This document shows, in pieces, positions 39,889 through 49,889 of a stretch of DNA of 64,000 bases. Origin of the DNA: an uncultured delta proteobacterium (GTDB lineage: Bacteria > Desulfobacterota > Binatia > UBA9968). The translations under genes were made by a program, and so were the position numbers. Where the stretch lies: NCBI GenBank assembly GCA_963840855.1, contig CAWJBB010000072.1, positions 1 to 64,000 on the forward strand, given 5' to 3'. Position 1 is the stretch's first letter, and every line of letters begins with the position of its first letter. The notes under the pieces were generated by a model that was not told the origin of the DNA, ran no database searches, and saw only the letters and a program-made list of their open reading frames with translations.

Positions 39889-41316
39889 CTAGGCCTTTGG
39901 CAGCCGGTCAAGGACCGAGCGTTGAATGAAATCCTCAAGCCGCGTTTTCTCCATCGCCGCTTTCGGGACCGCGACGCGGGCTTCGTATGGACGCTGCACC
40001 GGCTTGGTGGCGTCGATGATCATCTTGGCGGTCATGATGTTGTCGGTCTGCGACGGATCGAGAGTGTTGCCTTTGACATTTTTAATGATGTCCACGTCCT
40101 GGTCCGCTTGCACGCGGGTAGCCACCGCCCACATCACTTCCTCTTCGTTATAAATGTCGATATCGGCATCGACGACCACGACATGCTTGACGAAATCGCA
40201 TCCGCCGAGCGCCGCCAGCGCCGCCTGCTTGGTTTCGCCGTCGACCTTTTTGTCGATGGAGATATAGCAGTTGAAACGGCAACTGCCGGACATCGGGAAG
40301 TGCACGGCTTTGACCGTCGGTACGACGCCGCGTATCAGATTAAAGAGGCTCCCTTCTTTGGGAATCCCGCCGAGCACCCAGGTGTCTCGATGGCCGGTAA
40401 AGATATGCTGAAAGATCGCGTCGCTGCGATGCGTGATAGCGCTTACTTCGATGACGTTTCGGAGCCGCTGCGGGCCGTAGTAACCGGTGAATTCGCCGAA
40501 GGGTCCTTCCACCTCCTTCACGTTGGGAAGCACATGGCCTTCGATCACCATTTCGGCATCGGCCGGCACCATGAAGTCTTCTCCCAAAGTTTCCGATGGA
40601 GTGAGGCGAAGCGCCTCGCCCATAATGGCGCCGACCTTGGCGTAATCATCCACACCGAATGGAGAGACATTCAGCGATCCCAAATAAAATGCCGGATGAT
40701 GGCTAATGACGATGACTACAGGCGTCGGCCGGTTTTTCTCTTCGTTCTTGCGGTGGATTTGCCAGTTGTGCCTCGGCGACATGTGCAGACCAAGTTTCCT
40801 CGGACCTTTCACCATGTTGCGCTGAAAGGCAATATTGTAAAAGCCTCCATCCGGATCTTTCATTACCGGAGTCATGTCTATATATGGTGCCGGATCCATC
40901 GCATGATGGCGAACGACGGGCAGATCGTAAACAGTTGCCTCGTCGCCGCGCTTGATGACCTGTTTGACCGGCGCCTCGCTCCTAGGAATCCTTACCGGAG
41001 CAAGCAACATATCTTCTCGCCGCGCATACTCCAGGCTCAGCGGGAGGTCACCTTCGTTGGGCTTCATGCCGAGAGACAGCGCGCAGCGCTGGCGCGTTGC
41101 GAAAACATTGCTCAGCAGCGGGAAAGCGGATGGCTTGCCATTGAGATCGAGGGGCTTTTCAAATAATAGGACAGGAAAGTTTTTCTGATTCTCGAGGTGT
41201 TGCAACAGAGCCGTTACCTCGAACTGATGGGGAGCGACAGTTCGCTCGATGCGAACAAAATCGTAAGGTAACCGTTCTTGCAGATCGTCGAGGAAGGCTC
41301 TCAGGTCCATGTGCAT
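39889..41316 (-). CDS. UbiD-family (de)carboxylase, second paralog
   Basis: MDLRAFL, DPAPYID, EGPFGEFTGYY and TLDPS; exact start uncertain (41310-41328). Confidence 0.92.
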   Translation of the reverse strand: MHMDLRAFLDDLQERLPYDFVRIERTVAPHQFEVTALLQHLENQKNFPVLLFEKPLDLNGKPSAFPLLSNVFATRQRCALSLGMKPNEGDLPLSLEYARREDMLLAPVRIPRSEAPVKQVIKRGDEATVYDLPVVRHHAMDPAPYIDMTPVMKDPDGGFYNIAFQRNMVKGPRKLGLHMSPRHNWQIHRKNEEKNRPTPVVIVISHHPAFYLGSLNVSPFGVDDYAKVGAIMGEALRLTPSETLGEDFMVPADAEMVIEGHVLPNVKEVEGPFGEFTGYYGPQRLRNVIEVSAITHRSDAIFQHIFTGHRDTWVLGGIPKEGSLFNLIRGVVPTVKAVHFPMSGSCRFNCYISIDKKVDGETKQAALAALGGCDFVKHVVVVDADIDIYNEEEVMWAVATRVQADQDVDIIKNVKGNTLDPSQTDNIMTAKMIIDATKPVQRPYEARVAVPKAAMEKTRLEDFIQRSVLDRLPKA

Positions 41317-41371
41317 CGTTTCACCCACTCAGAACTTTGTGAGTAACGCCCCACAAAGCTCACTCCAGGAT

Positions 41372-41446
41372 CGTCATGCCCGCGCAGGCGGGCATCCAGA
41401 AACTGCACAGAAACAACCTGGATTCCCGCTTTTCGCGGGAATGACG
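41372..41446. repeat. REP-like palindrome pair (cgtcatgcccgcg...gcgggaatgacg)
   Basis: Related copies at 50793-50866 and 59676-59751. Confidence 0.8.
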
Positions 41447-41549
41447 TCGGCGGCCTGCGCCCGAACAGTTTATCCGGAAGGGAATTTCGCTCTCCCGGTT
41501 CGGACAACGATTGTCAAGACCAGAAAAATGGTAGCAATAAATTCTCATA

Positions 41550-42548
41550 CTATGCCGACGAATCTATTCCCGCCACCTGCGCCAAAGCCCTCTGTGTATA
41601 CACTTTCGCCATCCGCTTACGATACCAATAATCCATATCGGCGTTGTCCAGCGGATGAGAAATTTTTGCTGCGGCATCGGCAACAGCATTGATCAAATCA
41701 AGCGTGACTTTTTTGCCTTGCAGCAATGTCATCGCTTCGGCCACGACCTTGGGTGCCGAGGCAACGGCGGTTAGCACAACGGTCGTGTGCCGGCACTCGC
41801 CCTGTTCATCGACGTCCATGGTCGCAGCCACTCCCAGAATCGGAAAGTCAAACGACCCGCGTCGGCGCAGTTTCAAATAGACATTGCGCCGTCCCAACGC
41901 CGCCTTGGGAATGATCAATCCTTTCAGCACTTCATCGTTACCCTTAGTTGAATAATCAATTCCGTCGTCGCGATACAAATCTTCGAGCTTCAAACGCCGC
42001 TCGCCTTGTCTGCTTACCAGAATGGCTTCGGCGCCCAAGCTCACGAGCACCGGCGAGGTGTCCGACGACGCGATCGCCAGGCACTTCGCGCTGCCGGGAG
42101 CAACCAGACAGATGTCGCCGTCTTTTTTCATACAAAACCCCACCGCCTGGCGCCAGAAATGCGTTTGGTCGTAGTAGTTGCAGCGGGTATCGACGAGAAC
42201 GTTGCCGCCGATGGTTCCCATGTTCCTGAGCTGCGGGGTCGAGACCGATTCCGCGGCGTGCGCGAGCGCCGGAAAATGTTTTGCAATCAGACGATGATTT
42301 GAAACCGCAGTCAGACTTTCGCCGGCGCCGATCCACAGTCCCTCCTTGCTCTGGCGAATTTCCTTCAGCTCGCGCAGCGCTCTTAGTGAAATTAGATGGC
42401 GCGGCGTAAATTGCCCGCGCTTCATTTTCGGATACACGTCCGTGCCGCCGGCCACGGGCATCGCATCGGAGCCTAGATCGGCTAATGCCTTCGTTGCCTG
42501 TTTCAGCGAGCGCGGTTGGTAGTAATTGAATTCAGGTAGTCGAAGCAT
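41550..42548 (-). CDS. hcrB: 4-hydroxybenzoyl-CoA reductase beta subunit-like (FAD, 4Fe-4S)
   Basis: MLRLPEF, AGGTD, RNMGTIGGN; Cys-rich insert CNYYDQ...CMKKDGDIC...C. Confidence 0.82.
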   Translation of the reverse strand: MLRLPEFNYYQPRSLKQATKALADLGSDAMPVAGGTDVYPKMKRGQFTPRHLISLRALRELKEIRQSKEGLWIGAGESLTAVSNHRLIAKHFPALAHAAESVSTPQLRNMGTIGGNVLVDTRCNYYDQTHFWRQAVGFCMKKDGDICLVAPGSAKCLAIASSDTSPVLVSLGAEAILVSRQGERRLKLEDLYRDDGIDYSTKGNDEVLKGLIIPKAALGRRNVYLKLRRRGSFDFPILGVAATMDVDEQGECRHTTVVLTAVASAPKVVAEAMTLLQGKKVTLDLINAVADAAAKISHPLDNADMDYWYRKRMAKVYTQRALAQVAGIDSSA

Positions 42549-42655
42549 TTTCCTCTACCTCAGACGAACAATCCGTATATCTCAAGAAATTGATGTCGTT
42601 TAAAGTGGCTTACTATATCTCCGAGTAGAGTTTCTTCCCCCTTGACGGGGGAAGA

Positions 42656-43002
42656 TTAAGATGGGGGTGCCTCACTCAGACCGACTGCTTGTCCTATAAC
42701 CTGCTTAATCACCTCAATATCTCTTAGAACTTCATGATCCCAGAACCGCAAAACAGAAAATCCTTGCGCTTCGAGCCATCTGCTGCGTCGAGCATCGTAC
42801 GCAGAGTGTTCGCTATGCTGCCCACCATCTACTTCCACAACCAAGCGTTTCTCTAAACATGCAAAATCTGCAATGTACGGTCCAAGAGGTTGCTGTCTCC
42901 GAAACTTATATCCACCAATCTGACGCAATCGAAGATGCTGCCATAAGACGCGCTCTGCGTCTGTCGGTTTTTTCTCAGCGCTCTGGCGTTGTTCTTATTC
43001 AT
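42656..43002 (-). CDS. DUF559/Vsr-like endonuclease (frameshift near 42968), flanked by inverted palindromes
   Basis: ARALRK, KFRRQQPLGPYIADF, VEVDGGQH and VLRFW. Confidence 0.85.
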
Positions 43003-43089
43003 CCCCCCTATCCTAACCTTCCCCCGCGAGGGGGGAAGGTATTAAGCCCACAACAACTGTTGTCTCAGTGAGCACTCTCGCATCGAAGC

Positions 43090-45465
43090 TCAACTCTTCT
43101 GCTTCACTTCGATACCTTCGCCCGGCTGCCATTTAATCGGCGCGGGAAATTTAAATTCAGGAATGGACACTGGCTTCAAGCGGCCTTCGAGCGCTCGCAG
43201 AATTTTATCCGGCGTGATCGGAATTTCGTGGATGCGCACGCCGATGGCGTCATAGACGGCGTTGGCCACCGCGGGAACCACCGGCAGTAGCGGTCCCTGG
43301 CCGGCTTCTTTGGCGCCGTAGGGTCCTTCGGGATCGTTGGTCTCGACCAGAATAGTCTCGATCTCCGGTGTCTCCAAAGTCGTCGGGCTTTTGTACTCCA
43401 AGATGGACGGGATCTTATGCAAGCCGTTTTTGCGGAAGATCTGCTCCTCCATTAAAGCCTCGCCGAGAGCCATATAAACACTGCCTTCGGTTTGACCTTC
43501 GACGAGCAGCGGATTGAAGGCGCGCCCGCAATCGTGCGCGATCCAGACTTTGTCGATTTTAATTTCGCCCGTGACGCTGTCGCAATGAAGCTCGACAATG
43601 GAAGTCGTAAAACTATAGGCCGGCGTGGGACCGACGCCCGAGCCCTTGAAGTCGCGCGGGTTCTTGGGCGGCCAGTAGCTGCCGGTGGCGCCCAGAGTAC
43701 CGTGTTTCCCCTCGGCTTTGCGTACCGCATCCGCGAAGCTAATGCCGCGTTCGGGAAAGCTAGCGCTGCGAATGTTCCCTGCAGCGAACTCTAGATCGTC
43801 CGGCGGCACTTCCAGCGCTCGGCTCGCAGCTTCGAGCAGCATGGGTTTGAGCTTGCCGCAAGCCTGCACCGCAGCGTTGCCGGTCATCACGGTGACGCGA
43901 CTGGAGTAACTGCCGAGATCCACCGGCGTCAAATCCGTATCCGCGGTTAATACTCTGATGTCGGCCGGTTCGATGCCGAACTCCTCGGCAACGGTGTAGG
44001 CCAGGATCGAATCCGATCCTTGACCGATATCGATGGAACCGCAGAACACGGTGACACCGCCGCTGCGGTCGAGCTTTATCTGCACGCCGGAGTGCGGCAT
44101 GTCGTTCCAGTAGATCGGCAGTCCCGCGCCGCTGATATAAGAGCTCGCGGCGAAGCCTACGCCGTGGCCAAAGGGAAGCTTGCGGAATTTATTCTTCCAC
44201 TCGGCGCGCTCGGCGACGCGCGCCGTGCATTCGCGCAGGCCGGTAGTGCTGACGCGCAAGCCGTTCACCGTAATGCTATTGGGCTCTACCAGTTGCTTCA
44301 GGCGCAGATCGATGGGATCAATGCCGAGCTTTTCGGCGATTTCATCGAGTTGAATCTCCTGAGCAAAGCGCGGCTGCGGCGTACCGTGGCCGCGCTTCGG
44401 CCCGCACGCAGGCTTGTTCGTAAAGACGCGCACCCCTTCGAACTTATAAGCCGGCACTTTATAAGTCACCGTCTGCAGCGCGCCTGTGTAGTAGACCGAA
44501 GCCAAGCCGTAGCTGCTGTAGCCGCCGCCATCGAGATAAGTTTTAAACTGCATCGCTTGGATCGTGCCGTCGCTCTTTACCGCGGTTTTGGCAAACATCT
44601 TGACCGGATGTCTGCCGCGATGGACATAAAATGATTCCTCGCGCGTGAGCGTGATCTTGACCGGTCTTCTGGTGATCATCGAGAGTTTGGCGGCGCAGAT
44701 TTCGTGGGAAAACGGATCGCTCTTGCCGCCGAACCCGCCGCCCACCGGAGTGGCGACGACGCGGATGCGGCTCGCGGGCAAACCCAACACCTTGGCCAAC
44801 GTCCGATGGACATAATGCGGCGTCTGGGTCGAAGACCACAACGTGAGCTTATCGTCCGGACCGTAGAACGCCACCGCGGCGTATTGCTCCATCGGCAGAT
44901 GGGTATTGCCCTGGTAGAAAAATGTGCCCTCGAAAATATGATCCGAGTTTGCGAACCCGCCGTCGACATCGCCGAATTCGAACGAGACTGCTTTTTGAAT
45001 ATTTGCGTGGCGGTTCCAGGTATGAATTCTTTGGCTCTCATCGGTTGACGCAAGCGCTTCTTCGATGGAGAGAATCGGTTTCAGCACCTCGTACTCCACA
45101 TCGATATAGCTCAGCGCTTTTTCCGCCAGGCTCTCGCTCGCGGCGGCCACCGCGGCGACGGGATCGCCGGCGTAGCGCGCCTTTTCGGTGATCAGCGCCT
45201 CTTCATCTTCGGTTGAAGGCATGATGCCAAATTTTTGCGGCAGATCTCCTCCGGTGATCACCGCGAAGACGCCGTCGAGCTTGAGAGCCCGCGCGGCATT
45301 GATACTGAGCAGGCGCGCGTGAGGATGGGGACTGTGCAAGAGTTTGGCGTAAATCGTGCGCGGCAGATTGAGATCATCCGCAAAAACCGTCTCGCCGGCA
45401 CATTTTGCCATGGCGTCGATTTTGCGGAGCGGCTTGCCGATTACGGAGAGTTTCTTCTTTGTCAT
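43090..45465 (-). CDS. hcrA: 4-hydroxybenzoyl-CoA reductase alpha subunit-like molybdoprotein
   Basis: STQTPHY, GGGFGGK, KRGHGTPQ, DLGSYSSRVT and GAKEAGQG; hcrCAB gene order. Confidence 0.8.
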   Translation of the reverse strand: MTKKKLSVIGKPLRKIDAMAKCAGETVFADDLNLPRTIYAKLLHSPHPHARLLSINAARALKLDGVFAVITGGDLPQKFGIMPSTEDEEALITEKARYAGDPVAAVAAASESLAEKALSYIDVEYEVLKPILSIEEALASTDESQRIHTWNRHANIQKAVSFEFGDVDGGFANSDHIFEGTFFYQGNTHLPMEQYAAVAFYGPDDKLTLWSSTQTPHYVHRTLAKVLGLPASRIRVVATPVGGGFGGKSDPFSHEICAAKLSMITRRPVKITLTREESFYVHRGRHPVKMFAKTAVKSDGTIQAMQFKTYLDGGGYSSYGLASVYYTGALQTVTYKVPAYKFEGVRVFTNKPACGPKRGHGTPQPRFAQEIQLDEIAEKLGIDPIDLRLKQLVEPNSITVNGLRVSTTGLRECTARVAERAEWKNKFRKLPFGHGVGFAASSYISGAGLPIYWNDMPHSGVQIKLDRSGGVTVFCGSIDIGQGSDSILAYTVAEEFGIEPADIRVLTADTDLTPVDLGSYSSRVTVMTGNAAVQACGKLKPMLLEAASRALEVPPDDLEFAAGNIRSASFPERGISFADAVRKAEGKHGTLGATGSYWPPKNPRDFKGSGVGPTPAYSFTTSIVELHCDSVTGEIKIDKVWIAHDCGRAFNPLLVEGQTEGSVYMALGEALMEEQIFRKNGLHKIPSILEYKSPTTLETPEIETILVETNDPEGPYGAKEAGQGPLLPVVPAVANAVYDAIGVRIHEIPITPDKILRALEGRLKPVSIPEFKFPAPIKWQPGEGIEVKQKS

Positions 45466-45484
45466 CCAATCACTCTTGTCCAAA

Positions 45485-45573
45485 ATCTCCCCTGACCCTC
45501 TTTTTCAAAGAGGGGAAATTTCTCTTGCTGTGCAGTTTCGCCTTTTGACAAAGGGGGGACTAAGGGGGATTTT
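45485..45573. repeat. REP-like palindrome pair (cccc...aaagggg family)
   Basis: atctcccctgaccctctttttcaaagagggga / aaaggggggactaagggggattt; similar to 47669-47750. Confidence 0.65.
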
Positions 45574-45607
45574 CTAATCGCACTGGTAGTTAATCTGGTT
45601 AACGATG

Positions 45608-46117
45608 TCATGCCGCGATTTCCTTCGCGGCGAGCTCGACCGCTTGCAAGATTTTTGTGTACCCCGTGCAGCGGCAAAGATTTCCCGACAGGGCTTGCCG
45701 GATTTGGTCACGGCTCGGGTTCGGGTTCTCGTCCAACAGCGCCTGTGCCGTCAGTAGAATTCCGGGGATGCAATAACCGCATTGCGCTGCGCCGAGATCG
45801 GCAAAGGCTTTTTGCAGCGGATGGGGTTTGCCGTTTTGCATCATTCCTTCGACGGTGACGATCTCGGCATTCACCGCTTCGATGCCGAGCATCAGACACG
45901 ACAAGACCGGCTTGCCATCGACGAGGACGGAGCAGGTGCCGCATTCCCCAAGCTCGCATCCATGTTTTGTCCCGGTAAGAGCCATATCTTCACGCAAGAC
46001 CTCCAGTAAGGTCTTGTTGATTTCGGTGGCCACCTCGTGGGTCTCGCCGTTGACTCGAAGCCGTAAGAGCACTTTGGCCAACTCGCCGTCGGCTTCTTTT
46101 TTTCTGCTCTTCCTCAT
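45608..46117 (-). CDS. hcrC: 2x[2Fe-2S] subunit (4-hydroxybenzoyl-CoA reductase gamma-like)
   Basis: GTKHGCELGECGTC, QCGYC and CRCTGY. Confidence 0.82.
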   Translation of the reverse strand: MRKSRKKEADGELAKVLLRLRVNGETHEVATEINKTLLEVLREDMALTGTKHGCELGECGTCSVLVDGKPVLSCLMLGIEAVNAEIVTVEGMMQNGKPHPLQKAFADLGAAQCGYCIPGILLTAQALLDENPNPSRDQIRQALSGNLCRCTGYTKILQAVELAAKEIAA

Positions 46118-46234
46118 ACTCGTCCTAGCAAATTGCTAAACAATAATATTTGCAGGCTGCTGGAGCGAGGCGATTGAGCGCACCCTTCGACAAAGCTCAG
46201 GGCAATCGGCATATGAGTCTTTTTCAGCAGCCTG

Positions 46235-47509
46235 CTATAGCTTGAAGAACCTTTTCGCCTTCAACTCGAATCGGGGCAAGCTTCCGGGCGCAACCAACTC
46301 GACCTCGGGACGAAGGCCGATGCGCTCGCGCACGAGACTGGAAACTCTCTCTTGCAACCCCACGGCTGAACTTTGACTGGAACTTGGCTCGATTATGAGC
46401 TTGAGCGCGCGCATGGCTTGCCGCTCGCAAGTTTCGACGCGAAATTCTTCGACCTCAGGAAATTCTCTCATAACATTCTCGATGGCACTCGGAAAAACAT
46501 TCACGCCGCGGATCACGACCATATCATCCGCCCGGCCAAGCACTCCGCCTTCCAGCATGGTAAATGGCCGGCCGCAGGGGCAGGGTTGGGCTCGCAACTG
46601 TACCAGATCTCCAGTTTTGTAGCGAATCACGGGACTGCCGATCCGGCCGAGGTTCGTGATCACCAACTCGCCTTTTTCTCCTGTTCTCGTCGCTTCGCCG
46701 GAATTCGGATCGATGACTTCAGCGATGAATTCATTTTCGTTGACGTGGATGGCGCCGGGTTGGGTTTGACACTCAAATCCGAAAGCTCCCACTTCGGTGG
46801 CGCCCGCATGATCATAACATTTCGCGCCCCAGGATTCTTCGATCAATTTTTTTGTGCTTGGAATGCTCGCGCCGGGCTCACCAGCGTGGATGGTGATCCT
46901 TATGGCGGAATCTTTGGCGAGATCCATTCCGGCTTTTCTCGCTTCAGACGCCATATGGAGCGCGTACGTCGGGGTGCAAACAAGCACGGTGGCGCCGTAA
47001 TCGGCAATCGATTTCAGCCGCTGCGCCGTGGATTGCGCGCCGCCGGAAATCGCCAGTGCGCCGACCTTTCGCGCTCCCTCCCAACCGGCCCAAAAACCGA
47101 TAAATGGCCCGAACGAGAACGCAAAAAAAACGCGGTCCCCAGGGCCGACACCGGCCGCTTCAAAAATAACCTTCCAGCAGTCGGCCCACCAATTCCACGA
47201 CTCCTCGGTATCGAGCCAGTACATGGGTTTTCCGGTGGTGCCCGAGGTCTGATGGATGCGGACGTATTTTTCCAGGGGAAAGGTCAGGTCGGTCCCATAG
47301 GGAGGATATCGAAACTGATCTTCGATCAGCTCGCCCTTCGTAGTGAAAGGCAGTTGCGCCAGCTCGTCCAGCGATCCGGCATCCGTGAGGCCCTTCTGCA
47401 AAAGTTTTTTGCGGTAAAATTCGTTCGCCTGCAGGACCGCCTGAAGCATCCGTCGCAATCGTTTAGACTGCTCCCCCTCGATCTCTTCGCGGTTTCTTGT
47501 AGGTCCCAT
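46235..47509 (-). CDS. Phenylacetate-CoA ligase (PaaK)-family adenylating enzyme
   Basis: LPFTTK, QTSGTTGKP, HAGATE, RYKTGD and GRADDM. Confidence 0.88.
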   Translation of the reverse strand: MGPTRNREEIEGEQSKRLRRMLQAVLQANEFYRKKLLQKGLTDAGSLDELAQLPFTTKGELIEDQFRYPPYGTDLTFPLEKYVRIHQTSGTTGKPMYWLDTEESWNWWADCWKVIFEAAGVGPGDRVFFAFSFGPFIGFWAGWEGARKVGALAISGGAQSTAQRLKSIADYGATVLVCTPTYALHMASEARKAGMDLAKDSAIRITIHAGEPGASIPSTKKLIEESWGAKCYDHAGATEVGAFGFECQTQPGAIHVNENEFIAEVIDPNSGEATRTGEKGELVITNLGRIGSPVIRYKTGDLVQLRAQPCPCGRPFTMLEGGVLGRADDMVVIRGVNVFPSAIENVMREFPEVEEFRVETCERQAMRALKLIIEPSSSQSSAVGLQERVSSLVRERIGLRPEVELVAPGSLPRFELKAKRFFKL

Positions 47510-47668
47510 TAAGCCCTTCGTCCTGCCGTTGGCCACAATCAATCGTCAAGCGCTCATCGGAATCTATTCTCCATAGGAAAGAACTGCAAGACGAGCCTTT
47601 GCATACGCGGGGCAACGTCAAAGTCATTTGCACTTTGCTGGATTGAATTCACAACTCACGCTTGTCAA

Positions 47669-47750
47669 AAAATCCCCCTGCCCCCCCTTTTTTTTTCAAA
47701 AGGGTGGAATAGAAAGTCTCCCTTTGTAAAGGGAGATTTAGAGGGATTTT
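47669..47750. repeat. REP-like palindrome pair in the divergent intergenic region
   Basis: aaatccccctgccccccctttt / ccctttgtaaagggagatttagagggatttt. Confidence 0.6.
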
Positions 47751-47821
47751 CATCTGCTCAACACGACTTTGACAAGACCCTGGTTGCGTACGGGTCGCGG
47801 CCGCAAACATGCTGTTGAGCC

Positions 47822-47849
47822 TTGTCCCAGTCGATCGCCATGTTATAAT
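47822..47849 (+). promoter_or_regulatory. Putative sigma70 promoter for the ABC operon
   Basis: TTGTCC-N16-TATAAT with extended TG, 31 nt before ATG 47881. Confidence 0.5.
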
Positions 47850-47880
47850 CCGCGCCTCTTTAGCGGCAGCCGGCAAGCCC

Positions 47881-48678
47881 ATGACGGACTCAACGAAGAT
47901 CGAAATTCGCGATGTCGAGCATGTATACAAGAGCGATTTCTCAACCGTCACGGCATTAGCGAGCGTGAGCCTCACGGTCGCCGATGGCGAGTTTGTCGCG
48001 CTTTTGGGACCGAGCGGCTGCGGCAAGTCTTCGCTTCTGCGCATCGTCGCAGAGCTCTTGCGCCCCACGGCAGGGTCCGTACAAATTTATTCCACAAGCG
48101 ATAAAGGCAATGGCCGGCCAAAGACGGCGCTGGTGTTTCAGGAATACGCGCTTTTTCCGTGGCGCACCGTGCTCGACAACGTTGTCTTCTCTCTGGAAAT
48201 GCGCGGCATACTCAAAGCCGAACGCCTGGATCGAGCGCGGAACGTGCTTGCCCGGGTCGGACTGCAATCCTTCGCCGGAGCTTACCCGCACCAGCTTTCC
48301 GGCGGCATGCGCCAGCGGGTGGGAATCGCCCGCGCCCTGGCGGCGGAGCCCGAGGTCCTGTTGATGGATGAGCCGTTCGGCGCGCTGGACGCGCAGACGC
48401 GCACGATTCTGCAAGAGGAACTGCTGCGGGTATGGGAAAGCGAACGCAAAACCGTTCTGTACGTTACGCACAGCATCGACGAGGCCGTCTATATGTCCGA
48501 CCGAGTCGTGCTGCTCAGCGCCAGGCCGGGGCGCATCAAATCTGAGTACACTGTCGAGCTGCCGCGTCCGCGCAACATGGAAATGCGCGGCTGGAGCTCT
48601 TACACGAAGCTTTCGTTGGATATCTGGACTTCGCTCAAAGACGAAGTAGATATGGCGATGGTTTCGGAAAAACCATGA
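47881..48678 (+). CDS. ABC ATP-binding protein (SsuB/TauB-like)
   Basis: [16 protein letters not shown] and [11 protein letters not shown]. Confidence 0.92.
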   Translation: MTDSTKIEIRDVEHVYKSDFSTVTALASVSLTVADGEFVALLGPSGCGKSSLLRIVAELLRPTAGSVQIYSTSDKGNGRPKTALVFQEYALFPWRTVLDNVVFSLEMRGILKAERLDRARNVLARVGLQSFAGAYPHQLSGGMRQRVGIARALAAEPEVLLMDEPFGALDAQTRTILQEELLRVWESERKTVLYVTHSIDEAVYMSDRVVLLSARPGRIKSEYTVELPRPRNMEMRGWSSYTKLSLDIWTSLKDEVDMAMVSEKP

Positions 48679-48679
48679 C

Positions 48680-49055
48680 TCGCGCAAAGCATGGTCTGAG
48701 CAAGGTCGCAGGGACGCAAAGGTGACGGGCTGAGGGCCCGTCATCCCGAGCGAATGCGAGGGATCTGAAAGATTTCTCCCTTCGGTCGAAATGACAACAA
48801 TTCTAAACTTTGCGCCTTGGCGACTTGGCGGAATAAAATCCGAATCGGAAAAGAAATCTATCGCGCAAAGACGCAAAAGCGCCAAGGTGACGGACAGAAG
48901 CCCGTCATCCCGAGCGAATGCGAGGGATCTAAGAAAGATTTCTCCCGTTGGTCGAAATGACAACAATTCCAAACTTTGCGCCTTGGCGTCTTGGCGGGAG
49001 TAAAATCCGAATCCGGAAAGAATATTTTCCCGCAAAGGCGCAAAGTACGCCAAGT
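48680..49055. repeat. Tandem composite REP array (two ~165-bp units)
   Basis: cgtcatcccgagcgaatgcgagggatct...gtcgaaatgac at ~48739 and ~48903; third copy at ~58914. Confidence 0.85.
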
Positions 49056-49097
49056 TCGGAGAGTTCGTTAATGGCCTTCGGAGGATAAACGCCCAAC

Positions 49098-49889
49098 ATG
49101 ACTTCTTCCCGCCTTTTATCTCGAGAGGTCGCGATTCCGCTGGCGACTTTGCTGGTCATGTTCGCCGCTTGGGAAACCCTGGTCCACATCGGCATGCTGC
49201 GCGCCGCCTTCTTTCCAGCGCCGACGAACATCGCCCGCAGTCTTTTGAGCTTGGCTCTTGGCGGCGAGTTGTGGCTCCATGTAGCGACGACGTTGGGACG
49301 ATTGTTCGCGTCCTTCCTCTTGGCAGTGATACCAGGCACGGCGCTCGGGCTCGCGATGGGCTGGTGGATCGAGATGCGCATGGCAGCCGATCCCCTCGTT
49401 CGGCTTTTGTTTCCCATCCCAAGCATCGCTTTTTTTCCCTTGGTCATTTTCTATCTCGGTCTCAGCGAATGGGGATTGCTTTTGACGGCGGCGATCACGC
49501 CGTTTCTCTTGATCGTGGTGCAGGCTGCCGCCGCAGTTGAAGGGCTGGAGCGAACGCTTCTGGAGGCTGGCCGGAATTATGGCGCCACCGGCCGGCGGCT
49601 GTTCATGCGGGTGATACTCCCCGCGGCGCTGCCGCATCTCTTTATCGGTTACCGCCTCGCCCTGGGAGTCGGATTCATCGTCACTGTGGCCGTTGAAATG
49701 GTCGCCGCCAAACATGGTCTGGGCGGTTTCCTCTGGCACTCGTGGCAGATCCTGCGCATCGAGGAAATGTACGTCGGGCTCGTCCTGATTGGGCTGCTCG
49801 GAACCTTGGTGACTTACGGACTGGAAGCGCTCGCGGGTCGCTTGATGCCGTGGCAAGCAGATCTGTTGCGATTGAAGGGACAGCGATAA
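49098..49889 (+). CDS. ABC permease (SsuC/TauC-like)
   Basis: TM segments; EAA loop LLEAGRNYGA. Confidence 0.9.
   Translation: MTSSRLLSREVAIPLATLLVMFAAWETLVHIGMLRAAFFPAPTNIARSLLSLALGGELWLHVATTLGRLFASFLLAVIPGTALGLAMGWWIEMRMAADPLVRLLFPIPSIAFFPLVIFYLGLSEWGLLLTAAITPFLLIVVQAAAAVEGLERTLLEAGRNYGATGRRLFMRVILPAALPHLFIGYRLALGVGFIVTVAVEMVAAKHGLGGFLWHSWQILRIEEMYVGLVLIGLLGTLVTYGLEALAGRLMPWQADLLRLKGQR

Noticed and set aside
39922-41166. Long antisense ORFs (also 6336-7277 and 46373-47512)
   Set aside because: Expected on the opposite strand of GC-rich genes; no independent motifs.
47956-49053. 365-aa minus-strand ORF with internal repeats
   Set aside because: Translation of the REP array plus the antisense of the ABC ATPase.
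48680-49055. Possible CRISPR array
   Set aside because: Only two long units, and the intervening sequence is also repeated, so there are no unique spacers; no cas genes.
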